From positions 832,001-896,000 of the forward strand of contig CAWBCJ010000029.1 in the NCBI GenBank assembly GCA_963787255.1: a DNA stretch of 64,000 bases. Direction: 5' to 3'. Shown here piece by piece: positions 10,995 through 22,462 of this stretch. The notes beneath the pieces are model-generated. The model worked only from the letters and a program-made list of their open reading frames with translations. It made no database searches and had not been told where the DNA came from. The DNA comes from Methanobacteriota archaeon (GTDB lineage Archaea > Methanobacteriota > Methanobacteria > Methanobacteriales > Methanobacteriaceae). Both the position numbers and the translations under genes were made by a program. How positions within the stretch are numbered: position 1 is the stretch's first letter; every line of letters begins with the position of its first letter.

Positions 10995-12170
10995 TTAAAT
11001 ACTTTTATAAATTTTCAAATAACTTTTAGCAACCTTTTTCCAGCTAAATTTATCTTTAACGTTATTATAACCATTAATTGCAAGCGTTTTTCTTAAATTT
11101 TCATCTTCAATTAAATTATTAATGGCATTAGAAATCTCGGAAATATCTCTTTCAGATACTAATAATCCAGTTTTCTTATCTTGGATTATATCCGGAATGC
11201 CCCCTATATTAGATCCTATAACTGGCAATTTACAGGCCATAGCCTCAAGTAAAACCACACCAAGCCCTTCAGTATTTCCTTGGGAATCTACGATAGAAGG
11301 GAGCACAAAAAGATTGGATGAATTGTATAACTGTAATAGTTCATCATCTGAAACATTTTTTATTATTTTAACATTATCTTTTAATTTTAAGTCTTTTATG
11401 AGTTCTTTAAGTTTTTTTTCAAGAGGACCTGAACCAACTATAGTTAATTGGACGTTGCTGTGTTCATTTAATACTTTTTTCATTGCTTTTATAAGGTATT
11501 CAAAGCCTTTTCTTTCTATTAAATATCCGACTGCAAGTATTTGGAATACATCTCCATTTTTTGGAATTTCTAAAGGTTTAAAAAAGTGAGTATCTACTCC
11601 AAATGGTATTATTTCCAATTTTTCTTTTTTCAAGCCAACTTCCAGGCATGAATCTCTAGTAGCAGAGCTATTAGTTATAGTTTCAGCTGAATTATTTATT
11701 AACCATTTAAGCGCAAATAGTGTATGGTAGCGTTTGGATAGATATACTTCTTCACCATGTATGGTATTTATATAAGGAATTTTGTATATCTTTTTCAAAA
11801 ATAAAGCACCTAATCCATTGGGAATGGGCCATTGAACGTGTATAATGTCCATATTTTTAAGTTTCATAGAACTTATTAAATTAAAAAAAAGAAATGTTAA
11901 AACTTGAAATTTAACAAGAAAACCTTCTTTAACATTATCTATCATTCCCGATCTTCCACATAATCTCTGGAATCTTTTAGGATAAAAATAATTGAAGCGC
12001 TCAACATTTACACCTTCTAAGGTGTATTTTGTTTTTCCTCCGACAAATGGTGCGATTATTTGTACCTCATGTCCCTGTTTACTTATTTCTCTCATTAGTC
12101 TATGAACAAAAATGCCATGAGGATCATCCTCAAATTCCGGATATGCTGATGTTATTACGCCAATTTTCAT
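10995..12170 (-). CDS. GT4 glycosyltransferase
   Basis: [28 protein letters not shown] (Ex7E). Confidence 0.9.
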   Translation of the reverse strand: MKIGVITSAYPEFEDDPHGIFVHRLMREISKQGHEVQIIAPFVGGKTKYTLEGVNVERFNYFYPKRFQRLCGRSGMIDNVKEGFLVKFQVLTFLFFNLISSMKLKNMDIIHVQWPIPNGLGALFLKKIYKIPYINTIHGEEVYLSKRYHTLFALKWLINNSAETITNSSATRDSCLEVGLKKEKLEIIPFGVDTHFFKPLEIPKNGDVFQILAVGYLIERKGFEYLIKAMKKVLNEHSNVQLTIVGSGPLEKKLKELIKDLKLKDNVKIIKNVSDDELLQLYNSSNLFVLPSIVDSQGNTEGLGVVLLEAMACKLPVIGSNIGGIPDIIQDKKTGLLVSERDISEISNAINNLIEDENLRKTLAINGYNNVKDKFSWKKVAKSYLKIYKSI

Positions 12171-12204
12171 TTAATAATCTCATTCTGTTCTTTTTGATTT
12201 TATG

Positions 12205-14028
12205 TTACTGATTTCTTTTATAAATTATCAAATCATCAATCCTATAAACGGGTTTATATGAAGTTAAATTCAATTCAGGCCTTATGCAAATATAATAATC
12301 TGCTTTACTGCTTTCTAATTCTTTATTATATTCTATATTATCTTGGGGGCTAACACTATATTTTTTAACTCCAAAGTAATAGACTCCGCCTTCTTGAAAT
12401 ATGGGCATTTTTTTTACATCTGTTTTTAAATGCCAGGCAGAAAATTGCCATAAATCTGAATAAATTACTTTTTCTTTATATTTTGGATCATAATTAATAA
12501 GCCATTTGTCTGCTTCTGCTGATTTTTCATTCAGGGATTTAATCCCTTTATTTTCTTCTTTAAATCCCTGAGTTTCTTCTTTAAGCCCATTTAGATAGGG
12601 CGAAACTGATGATAATGCTATAAATATTATATAGATCCCAATAATTGAAGATATTATAATTTTATTCCGATTTTTAAACTTTAAAGCATCTAAAATTGCG
12701 TTTATTCCCCAAACCATAAAATATGAAACTGCAGGGGCCATAATAATAAAATATCTACCTACTTTAATTGAATATACGCTATAAAATATGAAATAAGTCA
12801 TGAAAAATGAGAAAATCAGTAAATTCATATCAATATTTTTATTTTTTAGAGTCTTCAATAGTTCATAGGATACAAATAAAAGAATAAAAAAGATGAATAG
12901 ACTTTGTAAATAGGTTATATTGCCAAAAGTTTCAATAAATAACAGTAGTAATATTAAAAATATCACTGTTTTTATAATTTTAGATTTATTAGACTTTAGA
13001 GTGCAAAATGTTGGCCGTTCAGCTATTAGGGTCTTTATGGAACTATAAATCGCAATTCCGGATAATATAACTAAAATAACTTTAAAGATATTATATATTT
13101 CTTCACCAATGTATGAAGGAATTCCTTCAATATAATAATCTAAATTTGAATTATATGAATAATTATTGGGTGAAAATGAAGATCCTGTTACTCCAAAGGA
13201 TGCTAAGAACGGATAAAGGAAATTACCTGAATGCATCTGGAAAAAGATAAAAACAGGTATTATAATTAAAAGTGAAATAAAAATTCCAATCAACATATCA
13301 TTAATGTCTTTAAGTGAATCTCTATTTATTAAAATGTAGAAAGCTATAGGGAATATTATAAGTGCTGAATTGAATCTCATTAAGAATGCCAACATTATAA
13401 ATGGAAAAGCCAGATAGTAATACTTGGAATTGTTTTTAACTGCTATTACAGTAAAATAGAGTGCCCATATACAAAATGAAACGCTTGGAACATCAGTAAG
13501 CCCAAAGCCTGCAAAATTTAAAACAATAGGGAAAGTAGCATATAAAATACCGCCTAAGAAACTTAAAACCGTGTTAAAGCGGTGATTTAAAAGTAAAAAT
13601 AGTCCAATGGCTCCAAATATGAATAAAAAGCCATCTACAGCAAATATTACGGTTTCAGATATGTATCCCAATCTAAAGAAAATTGAAGTTAGAAAAGAAA
13701 GAAGTGGAGGTCTAACTAAATCAGAATATCCAGTATCCTTTCCAGCAAAGAGAAGGGCATTTGAAAGAAAATCATAAGTGTCCCATCCATGACCTAAATA
13801 TATTTGAATTTTAACTCTATAATATGTTATCAAACAAATAATCAGTATCAAAGCAAGTAGTAAAATGTATTTGCAGGCATTATGCTTTGTATTCGTTAAT
13901 AAATTTTTTTTAATGTTATCACCAGATTTAGTGGAGAATGTAAGTTTTAAATTTATGTTGAATCTAACTGGGTTATTTTTTTTTATGAATTCAAGTAAAT
14001 TAAAAAGATTTAACATATTTTTAAACAT
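12205..14028 (-). CDS. GT-C (GT39/ArnT-like) integral membrane glycosyltransferase; true start probably near 13910
   Basis: WDTYDFL loop, RPPLLS, LTDVPS and RYFI motifs; many TM helices. Confidence 0.8.
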   Translation of the reverse strand: MFKNMLNLFNLLEFIKKNNPVRFNINLKLTFSTKSGDNIKKNLLTNTKHNACKYILLLALILIICLITYYRVKIQIYLGHGWDTYDFLSNALLFAGKDTGYSDLVRPPLLSFLTSIFFRLGYISETVIFAVDGFLFIFGAIGLFLLLNHRFNTVLSFLGGILYATFPIVLNFAGFGLTDVPSVSFCIWALYFTVIAVKNNSKYYYLAFPFIMLAFLMRFNSALIIFPIAFYILINRDSLKDINDMLIGIFISLLIIIPVFIFFQMHSGNFLYPFLASFGVTGSSFSPNNYSYNSNLDYYIEGIPSYIGEEIYNIFKVILVILSGIAIYSSIKTLIAERPTFCTLKSNKSKIIKTVIFLILLLLFIETFGNITYLQSLFIFFILLFVSYELLKTLKNKNIDMNLLIFSFFMTYFIFYSVYSIKVGRYFIIMAPAVSYFMVWGINAILDALKFKNRNKIIISSIIGIYIIFIALSSVSPYLNGLKEETQGFKEENKGIKSLNEKSAEADKWLINYDPKYKEKVIYSDLWQFSAWHLKTDVKKMPIFQEGGVYYFGVKKYSVSPQDNIEYNKELESSKADYYICIRPELNLTSYKPVYRIDDLIIYKRNQ

Positions 14029-14237
14029 TAAATTAGCAGCGTATTAAACTTTATAAATTTAGAATTGTGATTTGATTATTAATACTGATTTAATAGGTAT
14101 AATATCCGCTTACATTATATTATATAAATAAGTGATCTTACCATAATTGAATCTATTTGAATTTTTAAGAGTAATGCATGTTTAATTAATACAGCTTAGA
14201 TTCAACAAAGGCAAATTTTTTTTATAATTTTGATTCA

Positions 14238-14792
14238 TTAAAGCTTTTTTAGATTCTTTTGGGGGTCCTTAAAATAAATTTCTTCATTCATTCTTGGAAT
14301 CATTGCTGTTAGAATGCACTGCTCTGTATTTTCAGTCCTATCAAGTAATCCTTTTGATAAATAACTGACAGCACCTGCCTTCTGGCCAAGATTATCCACA
14401 CCAGTCACTTTATCCATAACATCTCCCACTTCAACACCCTTTAAGACTTCATTAATTACAATTGGAGGATATTCAAATCCGGAACTTACTCCAAGGGTTA
14501 TTTCTTCTCCATCAAAAACTGCACACCACTGTAAATCAATATAACCTGTAATTGAATTCATTATTTCCATTAATCCTGATTCAATACCTATACTTAAGTC
14601 AAAATCATTAGAATATGCATTTTTGGCTCTGTTAACTGCTCCTTGAATAGTTTCGTCCTTACCAAAAGGTTGAGGGGGTACTTCAGAGTCAACTTCAACT
14701 CCGGTAACATTTACTTCTCCGTAAATCTTTAAAAGAACATTTCGAGCGGCATTAATCTTTACTGGATTTTTTGATCCAACAACAACTTTCAT
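14238..14792 (-). CDS. yjjX: Inosine/xanthosine triphosphatase (non-canonical purine NTPase)
   Basis: VGSKNPVK, QPFG..ETIQGAVNRA, GIESG and GAVSYLS motifs. Confidence 0.92.
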   Translation of the reverse strand: MKVVVGSKNPVKINAARNVLLKIYGEVNVTGVEVDSEVPPQPFGKDETIQGAVNRAKNAYSNDFDLSIGIESGLMEIMNSITGYIDLQWCAVFDGEEITLGVSSGFEYPPIVINEVLKGVEVGDVMDKVTGVDNLGQKAGAVSYLSKGLLDRTENTEQCILTAMIPRMNEEIYFKDPQKNLKKL

Positions 14793-14840
14793 GTTATCTG
14801 CCTTTTATGAATTGTAAACAATGAAAATATTTAACTAAGC

Positions 14841-15302
14841 TTAAGAGGAATTTTTGAGTACTTTCCCGTTTCTGTCTATTTCTCCATTCCTTATTCTAGT
14901 TGAAGAAATTGGTTTGCCGTCATCTGCCAGCACCCAATCAATAATGAAAATTTCAAGGGGGTCCATACTTTTTTCTTGTCTTATTTTGTTAATTTTATCT
15001 GCAGTTGGTTTTGTTTCTCTACTTACTACTATTGCATCTATCTTTGAATCGTGAATTGTTGGACCGTATGGTTCTTCTAATTTTTTGACAATATATCTTG
15101 AATTGAATTTCTGCAAGAACTCTTCTAGTCTGGAAATTCTTTTTGAGCAGTGGTCAATATTGCCTTTTTTCCCTCCAAATTCGTCGGATGTAACTCCAAT
15201 TAGCACATTGTCACCAATATTAAATGCTTCGTTTAGCAATTTCTCGTGGCCTTTATGAAATCGGTCAAATGTTCCTCCAACTGCTACGTTTTTAAATTTC
15301 AT
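14841..15302 (-). CDS. coaD: Archaeal phosphopantetheine adenylyltransferase
   Basis: GGTFDRFHKGH (HxGH), IVVSRET and ISSTRIR motifs. Confidence 0.92.
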   Translation of the reverse strand: MKFKNVAVGGTFDRFHKGHEKLLNEAFNIGDNVLIGVTSDEFGGKKGNIDHCSKRISRLEEFLQKFNSRYIVKKLEEPYGPTIHDSKIDAIVVSRETKPTADKINKIRQEKSMDPLEIFIIDWVLADDGKPISSTRIRNGEIDRNGKVLKNSS

Positions 15303-15438
15303 TTAATTTACTCTTTTATTTTTTATATAGTTATTGTAAATCGATATTGATTGTTATTTGAGTAATTATAGTGCTTTATCCGGTTTTGAAAAAATGTTTA
15401 GATATTATTTTATTATAACTTAAATCAAATTATAAATT

Positions 15439-16991
15439 ATGCTTGTTGAGCAAAATGTGGTGATAAAGGATCCTAGAAAAGTGGATTTAAGGTTTGCATC
15501 TTGTTATCCTAACCTTTATAAAGCAGCAATGTCTTCACTTGGTTTTCATATTATATATGATTTCCTAAATTCAAGGGAAGATGTTTACTGCGAGAGGGTG
15601 GTTTATCCCTACTTTGAAAGTTTAGAGTCCAATTCAAGGCTTTCTGATTTTGATATAGTTGGATTTTCACTGCAGTATGAACAGGACTATTTTAATGTTT
15701 TGAAAATGTTGAGCAAGGCTAAAATTGAGATTAGAAAAGAAAATAGAACCATAGATGATCCGTTTATTATTGCTGGAGGGCCATGTGCAAGCTCAAATCC
15801 CCTGCCAATGAGCAAATTCATTGATCTTTTCATTGTAGGTGAAGCAGAGGAAATTCTAGATGAAGTACTGGATACCTATATGGAACTTGATGATCCAAAA
15901 AAGGAAATTGAAGCATTTTTGGATATAAAAGGAGTTTATATTCCAGATAATCCTGTAAAAATGGCTGTTGTTGAAGATATGGATAATGCATGGCATCCTG
16001 TAAGACAGGTTGTTCCAAAAACAGATGATAAGAGATTTATACCTGCATTTGGAGAAGCATTTCTGCTTGGAGTTTCTCGAGGCTGTACCCGGGGCTGCAG
16101 GTTCTGCATGGCGGGCTGTATTTACCGACCGAGAAGAGAAACATCTTTAAAAAAGTTATTTGATGATTGCTGAGAAAGGGTAGAAAAGCGACTGGGCTAA
16201 ATAAGATTGCTTTAATTGGTACGGATGTTTCAGGGTACTCTAAAATAGAAGAATTGTGCCAAGGACTGATGGAACGGGGTTTTAAGGTTACAAGTCCTTC
16301 TTTGAGGATTGAGGCTATTACGGATAATTTAATTGATATTTTAGGGAGTAGTGGGCTTAAAACCATAACCATAGCTCCTGAAGCTACATGGCGGCTTAGA
16401 AAAGTTTTAAATAAACCGATTAGTGATGAACAGATTTTTGAAGTCATGAAAATGGCGTTTAAAAGAAAAATGAATGTTAAGTTGTATTTTTTAGTGGGAT
16501 TACCTTTAGAAACAATGGATGATATTCATGAAATGGTTGATTATATAAAGACCCTCAATAAAATGAGTAAACGAAAAAATGCGGTTAGAATTAGTATAAA
16601 TCCGTTTATTCCAAAGCCTCATACTCCATTTCAATGGGAAAAATTTGATTATCAGGATTTGAAATTAAAATTTGATTATCTAAACAAAAATTTGAAAAAA
16701 GTTAATTTAAAGATTGAAGATTTAGAATTAGCATATATTCAGCACTTATTATCAATTGGAAACGCTGAAATAGGGGATATAATAGAAAGAACTTACTCTA
16801 AGAAAAATAAATTTAGAGAATGGAAAGAGATAGTTATTAAATGGGATTTAGCAGATGAATTACCTTGGAAAAATATAGATGTGGGTATTAGGCATGAATT
16901 TTTAAAACAGGAGTATCAAAAAGCTATGAATGGTGAGATTACTCCTTGGTGTGAAACTTTTGGATGTTATAAGTGTGGTGCATGTCAATAA
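15439..16991 (+). CDS. Radical SAM protein (B12-binding-like family); frameshift near 16168
   Basis: RGCTRGCRFC (CxxxCxxC), IAGGPC, TIAPE, PFIPKPHTPFQ and C-terminal CxxCGAC; two overlapping ORFs. Confidence 0.85.
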
Positions 16992-17038
16992 TAATTTTTT
17001 TGGTTACATTAAAGTGTTTTTGTTTTATATTTATGAAT

Positions 17039-18442
17039 TTAGCTTCTTATTCTTCTTACAATATGATAAAGCCTTCTCAATAGATATCCGAGGAACACTT
17101 GTCTAAATCTGACCCATTGGCTTATAAATGCTTCTCTTGAAGTGACGTCCTCAATAACATCTCTGATTTCTTCTTTTGGTGAGAATTTCCAGTAAATAGG
17201 AATACCCACAGCTATTAAAACTGTTCCAATAAGTATTTGGTTTATATTACATTGTGACATGATATAAATACTGATTATTACTCCGATTACGGGAGTTATG
17301 GTTGGAACCTTTATAACTTTTTTATATTTTTTTCTTAGAGGAAAAACAGAGAGACATGTAATTAAATAACAGAAAAGAATGGTAAATACTGATAAAATAA
17401 TTAATTGACTGATATTTCCAAGAATTGAAGCTATAAGTGCAGTTGAAGCTATGAAAATAATTGAAACATAAGGAGTTTCATATTTGGGATGTAGTTTAGC
17501 AAAGATTTTTGGAAGCAACCCATCTCCTGCCATTGCATAAGGAAGTCGTGTGCTTGATAAAATTCCGGCTTCATCTGATCCTGCAATCGAAAAAAGCGCA
17601 CCTGCTGTGATGATGGTAGCTCCTATGGCTCCCAAGAGCCCATATCCTGCAAGTGCAAGGGGGGCAGAGGATGTGGATAGTTGTTCCCAGGGAACAATTC
17701 CTAAGATTACAAAATTTGTAACAACATAGAAAAGTGCAATTACGCCCATACCGAGTATTATAGCTCGAGGAATGGTCTTTTTTGAGTTTTCAATTTCGTC
17801 TGAAGGAACTGTTACAAGTTCAAAACCGACATAAGCCCAGAATATTAAAACAATTGCACTTCCAAGACCGTTAAGCCCTAATGGTAGGAAAGGAGTATAA
17901 TTTGATATTAATACTGGCGGATTTATTATAAAATATACAATTCCAATAATTGTTAATATTATTATTGGGGTAACCTTGATTATGGTTAAAATGTCATTTA
18001 TTATCCCTGCATCCTTGACTCCCACATAATTTATAAAAGCTAAAAATAAAACAAATATAATCTTTACAATAATCTGAAGTATGACGGGCATATTTGGGAA
18101 AAAATATAGTAGATAGGCAACAAATGCTAGTGGAAACACAGCTAACGCGCTCCATGCGGCAATTAAGAGCGACCATCCAGCTAAAAATCCAACAAAGTTT
18201 CCAAAAGCGTCTTTTGCGTAAACATAAGGGCCTCCTGCTTTTGGAAGGATAGAAGAACATTCAGCAAAAGATAATGCAATGAAAATGGCCATTAAACCTG
18301 CAATTGCCCATGCAATTAAAGATGCAGGCCCTAAAAACCCTGCACCGAATGAAGCGGCAATATAAATGTCTGCACCGACTATGGTTCCAACCACTAAATT
18401 TATAACGTCAAAAAGACTGAGCTTTCGCTTTAATTGGGCCAT
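17039..18442 (-). CDS. APC-family amino acid permease
   Basis: GTIVGADI, AGGPY, WAYVGFE and RLPYAMAGDG motifs. Confidence 0.9.
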   Translation of the reverse strand: MAQLKRKLSLFDVINLVVGTIVGADIYIAASFGAGFLGPASLIAWAIAGLMAIFIALSFAECSSILPKAGGPYVYAKDAFGNFVGFLAGWSLLIAAWSALAVFPLAFVAYLLYFFPNMPVILQIIVKIIFVLFLAFINYVGVKDAGIINDILTIIKVTPIIILTIIGIVYFIINPPVLISNYTPFLPLGLNGLGSAIVLIFWAYVGFELVTVPSDEIENSKKTIPRAIILGMGVIALFYVVTNFVILGIVPWEQLSTSSAPLALAGYGLLGAIGATIITAGALFSIAGSDEAGILSSTRLPYAMAGDGLLPKIFAKLHPKYETPYVSIIFIASTALIASILGNISQLIILSVFTILFCYLITCLSVFPLRKKYKKVIKVPTITPVIGVIISIYIMSQCNINQILIGTVLIAVGIPIYWKFSPKEEIRDVIEDVTSREAFISQWVRFRQVFLGYLLRRLYHIVRRIRS

Positions 18443-18489
18443 GGCATCATTTATGTAATTTATTATTAAAAAAACTAATGGTAATAATC

Positions 18490-19605
18490 ATGTTTCAACC
18501 AGCAAAAAGATGTAAATCCATACAACTTTCAGAAATACGCAAAATGTTTGATCTAACACCGGAAAATGCTATTAATCTCAGTTTGGGCGAACCCGATTTT
18601 GACACCCCCCTACATATTAGAGATGCTGTTAAAAAAGCTTTAGACGATGGTTTTACTCATTATACTTCAAATAAAGGTATTCTGGAACTTAGAGAAGCCA
18701 TATCTTGCAAGCTTGCAGATGAAAATAAAATAGATGCAGATCCAGAATCTATAATTGTAACAGTTGGAGCAAGTGAAGCGCTCCATATCAGCCTTCAAGC
18801 CTTAATAAATAAAGGTGACGAAGTTCTAATCCCTGATCCGGGATTTTTATCCTATGATCCCTGTGTAAAGCTTGCAGAAGGTAAAATGGTGCCCGTTGGT
18901 CTTCAAGAAGAAAACGAATTTCGAATGACTTCAGATGACGTGCTTGAAAAGATAACCAGTAAAACAAAAGCAATAATTTTGAATTCTCCTGCAAATCCAA
19001 CAGGCAGCGTAATGAAAAAGGAAGATGTAAAAGGTATTGCTGAAATTGCAGAAGATAAAAATATATTTTTAATATCTGACGAGATTTATGAGAAAATAAT
19101 CTATGAAGGAAAGCATTACAGCCCGGGAAGATACACTGAAAATGCAATAACTATAAACGGCTTTTCCAAGACTTATGCAATGACTGGCTTTAGAATAGGA
19201 TATGTGGCTGCAAGATCTGAGTTAATTGAAGAAATGTTGAAGATTCACCAGTATAATGCTGCGTGTGCAAGTTCTTTGTCTCAAATAGCAGGATTGGAAG
19301 CATTAAATGGTCCGCAAGATTGTGTTGGTGAAATGCTCGGTGAATTTAGGAGAAGAAGAGACTTTGTAGTTAAAAGATTGAATGAAATGGGAATTAAAAT
19401 CAAAGCACCTAGAGGGGCATTTTATGTATTTCCAGGAATTCATAATTCGGTGGAATTTGTTAATAAAGCCATTAAAGCGGGTGTTGTGATTGTTAACGGT
19501 TCGAGCTTTGGAAAATTAGGTGAGGGCTATTTCAGGATATCGTATGCTGCGTCATACGAAAAATTAGTTGAAGCAATGAACAGATTAGAGGCCATTAATA
19601 TTTGA
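18490..19605 (+). CDS. PLP-dependent aminotransferase class I/II (aspartate aminotransferase-like)
   Basis: GEPDF, NSPANPTG, SDEIY and SKTYAMTGFRIG motifs. Confidence 0.92.
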   Translation: MFQPAKRCKSIQLSEIRKMFDLTPENAINLSLGEPDFDTPLHIRDAVKKALDDGFTHYTSNKGILELREAISCKLADENKIDADPESIIVTVGASEALHISLQALINKGDEVLIPDPGFLSYDPCVKLAEGKMVPVGLQEENEFRMTSDDVLEKITSKTKAIILNSPANPTGSVMKKEDVKGIAEIAEDKNIFLISDEIYEKIIYEGKHYSPGRYTENAITINGFSKTYAMTGFRIGYVAARSELIEEMLKIHQYNAACASSLSQIAGLEALNGPQDCVGEMLGEFRRRRDFVVKRLNEMGIKIKAPRGAFYVFPGIHNSVEFVNKAIKAGVVIVNGSSFGKLGEGYFRISYAASYEKLVEAMNRLEAINI

Positions 19606-19661
19606 TCATGAATTAAATTTCATTTAACCAATAAAAAACAAATTATAAGGGAGAAAATTTA

Positions 19662-20240
19662 ATGTCAGAGGAAAATAAACTTGGGGAAAAAATCAGGCAA
19701 ATAAGAGAAAACCATGAAATGTCTGTTGAAGAACTGGCAAATCAAAGCCAGTGCAGTAGTAAAATTATAGAAAACATTGAAAGCGGAGAATTAATTCCAT
19801 CACTTACGCCGCTTATTAAGATTGCGAGAGCTTTAGGGGTACGTTTAGGCACTTTCCTCGATGATGCCCCTCAAACAGGGCCTGTAATAGTTAAAGCAGG
19901 TAAATCTGAACAAGTTATACACTTTTCAGGAAAGGAAGATCATCCGGATGTAAGTGCCCTTGATTTTTATCCGCTGGCATCAGGAAAGGCCGATAGGCAT
20001 ATGGAACCTTTTATCATTGATGTTCATCCACATGAGACAGAAGACTATAAATTATCTTCTCATGAAGGTGAAGAATTCATTTATGTTATGGATGGGGAAA
20101 TTGAGATATTATATGGTCAGGATAGTTATATTGTTTCAAATGGAGACAGTATTTATTATGACTCAATCGTACCTCATGACCTTCATGCATATGGTGGAAA
20201 AGATGCAAAAATCCTTGCAGTTGTATATACTCCATTTTAA
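19662..20240 (+). CDS. XRE-family HTH regulator with C-terminal cupin domain
   Basis: HTH_3-like N-terminus; HEGEEFIYV...[11 protein letters not shown] cupin motif. Confidence 0.9.
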   Translation: MSEENKLGEKIRQIRENHEMSVEELANQSQCSSKIIENIESGELIPSLTPLIKIARALGVRLGTFLDDAPQTGPVIVKAGKSEQVIHFSGKEDHPDVSALDFYPLASGKADRHMEPFIIDVHPHETEDYKLSSHEGEEFIYVMDGEIEILYGQDSYIVSNGDSIYYDSIVPHDLHAYGGKDAKILAVVYTPF

Positions 20241-20271
20241 CCAATATTAAAAATTAGGAGAGAAATTATAA

Positions 20272-20683
20272 ATGTTCATAGAAACAGTTACACCACGATT
20301 CGGAGATGCAGATGGACTTCGCCATATAAACAACATAGCACTTGTAGAATGGTTTGAAGTTGGAAGAAATCCAATATTTCGAATGTTTACACCAGATCTT
20401 GACTTTAAGTTATGAAAAATGGAAATTAATTCTTGTTAGAACTGAATTTGACTATATTGGTCAGATGTACTATGGAAGAGATGTAGAAATAAGAAATTAT
20501 ATAACCCATATCGGAAATTCATCTTTTACTATAGGGCATGAAGCATGGCAGGATGGAGAACTTAAAGCTAAAGGAAAAGCCGTAATTGTACACTACGATT
20601 TTATAAATCAAAAGTCTATGCCAATTCCAGATACAATAAGAGCTCAACTTGAGGATCATTTAATAATTGAAGACAATAAATAA
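20272..20683 (+). CDS. Acyl-CoA thioesterase (hotdog fold, 4HBT-like); frameshift near 20404
   Basis: ATG 20272 gives MFIETVTPRFGDADGLRHINN; C-terminal frame carries IGNSSF. Confidence 0.85.
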
Positions 20684-20702
20684 TAATGAAATGGGGATTT
20701 AA

Positions 20703-22361
20703 ATGCTTTTTACACAAGATACAATTGGAGATTTCCTTGAAAAAATAGTTGAAAAAGATCCAGATAGAGAATTTATGGTTTATCCAGATAGGGATCTTCG
20801 TTTCACTTATAAAGAATTCAATGAACGAGTAGATATGCTTGCAAAGGGCTTGCTTTCAATTGGAATTACTAAAGGCGATCATGTAGGAATTTGGGCATTA
20901 AATGTTCCGGATTGGATTACATTCTTATTCGCTACTGCAAAAATTGGGGCAGTTCTTGTAACAGTTAATACTGCTTATAAAAGTCATGAACTGGATTATG
21001 TTTTAAAACAGTCAGATATGAAAGCCCTTGCAATAACAGAGGGATTCAGGGATGTCAATTACTTAAATGTATTATATGAACTTGTTCCCGAACTTAAAAC
21101 AAGTAATAGAGGTAATTTAAAAAGCAATGAATATCCCTGCCTCAAAAGTGTAATCTACATTGGTCAGGAAAAACATCGTGGACTATATAATACTAATGAA
21201 CTGCTACTACTTGGTAAGCATACCGACGATAACAAGCTTTTAAATGCTAAAAAAACATTTGACAGTGATGATGTAGTATGTATGCAATATACATCAGGAA
21301 CAACAGGGTTTCCAAAAGGAGTAATGCTTACACACAAAAATATCATTAACAATGGATATTACATTGGTGAGAACCTAAAATACACCGAAGAAGATAGATT
21401 ATGTCTTACTGTACCAATGTTCCACTGTTTTGGAGTTACCTTAGGGCTTATGGCAATATATACTCATGGTGCAACACTTGTAATGCTTGAACAATTCGAT
21501 CCTCTCATGGTTCTTGCAGCGGTCCAAAAAGAGAAATGTACTGCACTTTATGGTGTTCCAACAATGTTTATTGCGGAATATACTCACCCAATGTTCGATA
21601 TGTTTGATTTATCATCACTTAGAACTGGAATAATGGCAGGTTCCACATGTCCAATAGAGGCCATGAAGAAAGTGGTTAATGACATGAACATGGCAGAAAT
21701 AACCAGCGTCTATGGCTTAACTGAAGGTTCACCCGGATTTACTCAGACAAGCGTTGATGATCCTCTTGAACTAAGAGTTGAAACTGTAGGAAGAAATCTG
21801 CCTAATTGTGAAATTAAAGTTGTTGATCCAGAAACTGGTGAAACTGTTGGCCCGGGAGAAGTAGGTGAAATTTGCAGTAGAGGCTACAATGTCATGAAAG
21901 GTTACTATAAAATGCCCGATAAAACTGCAGAAGCAATTGATGAAGGTGGATGGCTTCACAGTGGTGATTTAGTTACTATGGATGAAAATGGATACTACAC
22001 TGTTGTAGGGAGAATTAAAGATATGATCATTCGTGGTGGAGAAAACATTTATCCTCGTGAAATTGAAGAATTCTACTATACAATGCCTGGAATTAAAGAT
22101 GTGCAGGTTGTAGGGATTCCTGATGATAAATACGGTGAAATTGTTGGCGCATTTATAATACTTGATAATGATGTTGATATCTGCGAAGAAGATGTTAGAG
22201 ATTTTGGAATTGAAAGAATAGCACGTTATAAAGTACCAAAACATGTTTTCTTTGTGGATGAGTTTCCACTTACTGCAAGTGGTAAAATTCAGAAATTTAA
22301 AATGCGTGAAGATGCAGTCGAATTCCTTAAAAAGAAACTTACAGAAGAAGAAGAGATTTAA
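20703..22361 (+). CDS. AMP-binding acyl-CoA synthetase
   Basis: [30 protein letters not shown] and SGKIQK motifs. Confidence 0.93.
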   Translation: MLFTQDTIGDFLEKIVEKDPDREFMVYPDRDLRFTYKEFNERVDMLAKGLLSIGITKGDHVGIWALNVPDWITFLFATAKIGAVLVTVNTAYKSHELDYVLKQSDMKALAITEGFRDVNYLNVLYELVPELKTSNRGNLKSNEYPCLKSVIYIGQEKHRGLYNTNELLLLGKHTDDNKLLNAKKTFDSDDVVCMQYTSGTTGFPKGVMLTHKNIINNGYYIGENLKYTEEDRLCLTVPMFHCFGVTLGLMAIYTHGATLVMLEQFDPLMVLAAVQKEKCTALYGVPTMFIAEYTHPMFDMFDLSSLRTGIMAGSTCPIEAMKKVVNDMNMAEITSVYGLTEGSPGFTQTSVDDPLELRVETVGRNLPNCEIKVVDPETGETVGPGEVGEICSRGYNVMKGYYKMPDKTAEAIDEGGWLHSGDLVTMDENGYYTVVGRIKDMIIRGGENIYPREIEEFYYTMPGIKDVQVVGIPDDKYGEIVGAFIILDNDVDICEEDVRDFGIERIARYKVPKHVFFVDEFPLTASGKIQKFKMREDAVEFLKKKLTEEEEI

Positions 22362-22462
22362 TCATTTTTAAAATCTAATTTCTTTATTTTTTTCATTTTT
22401 CACAGGATTAATTCAAAACAAATAAATACATATAAAATTAAACTTTTCCATTACTTTCTTTT

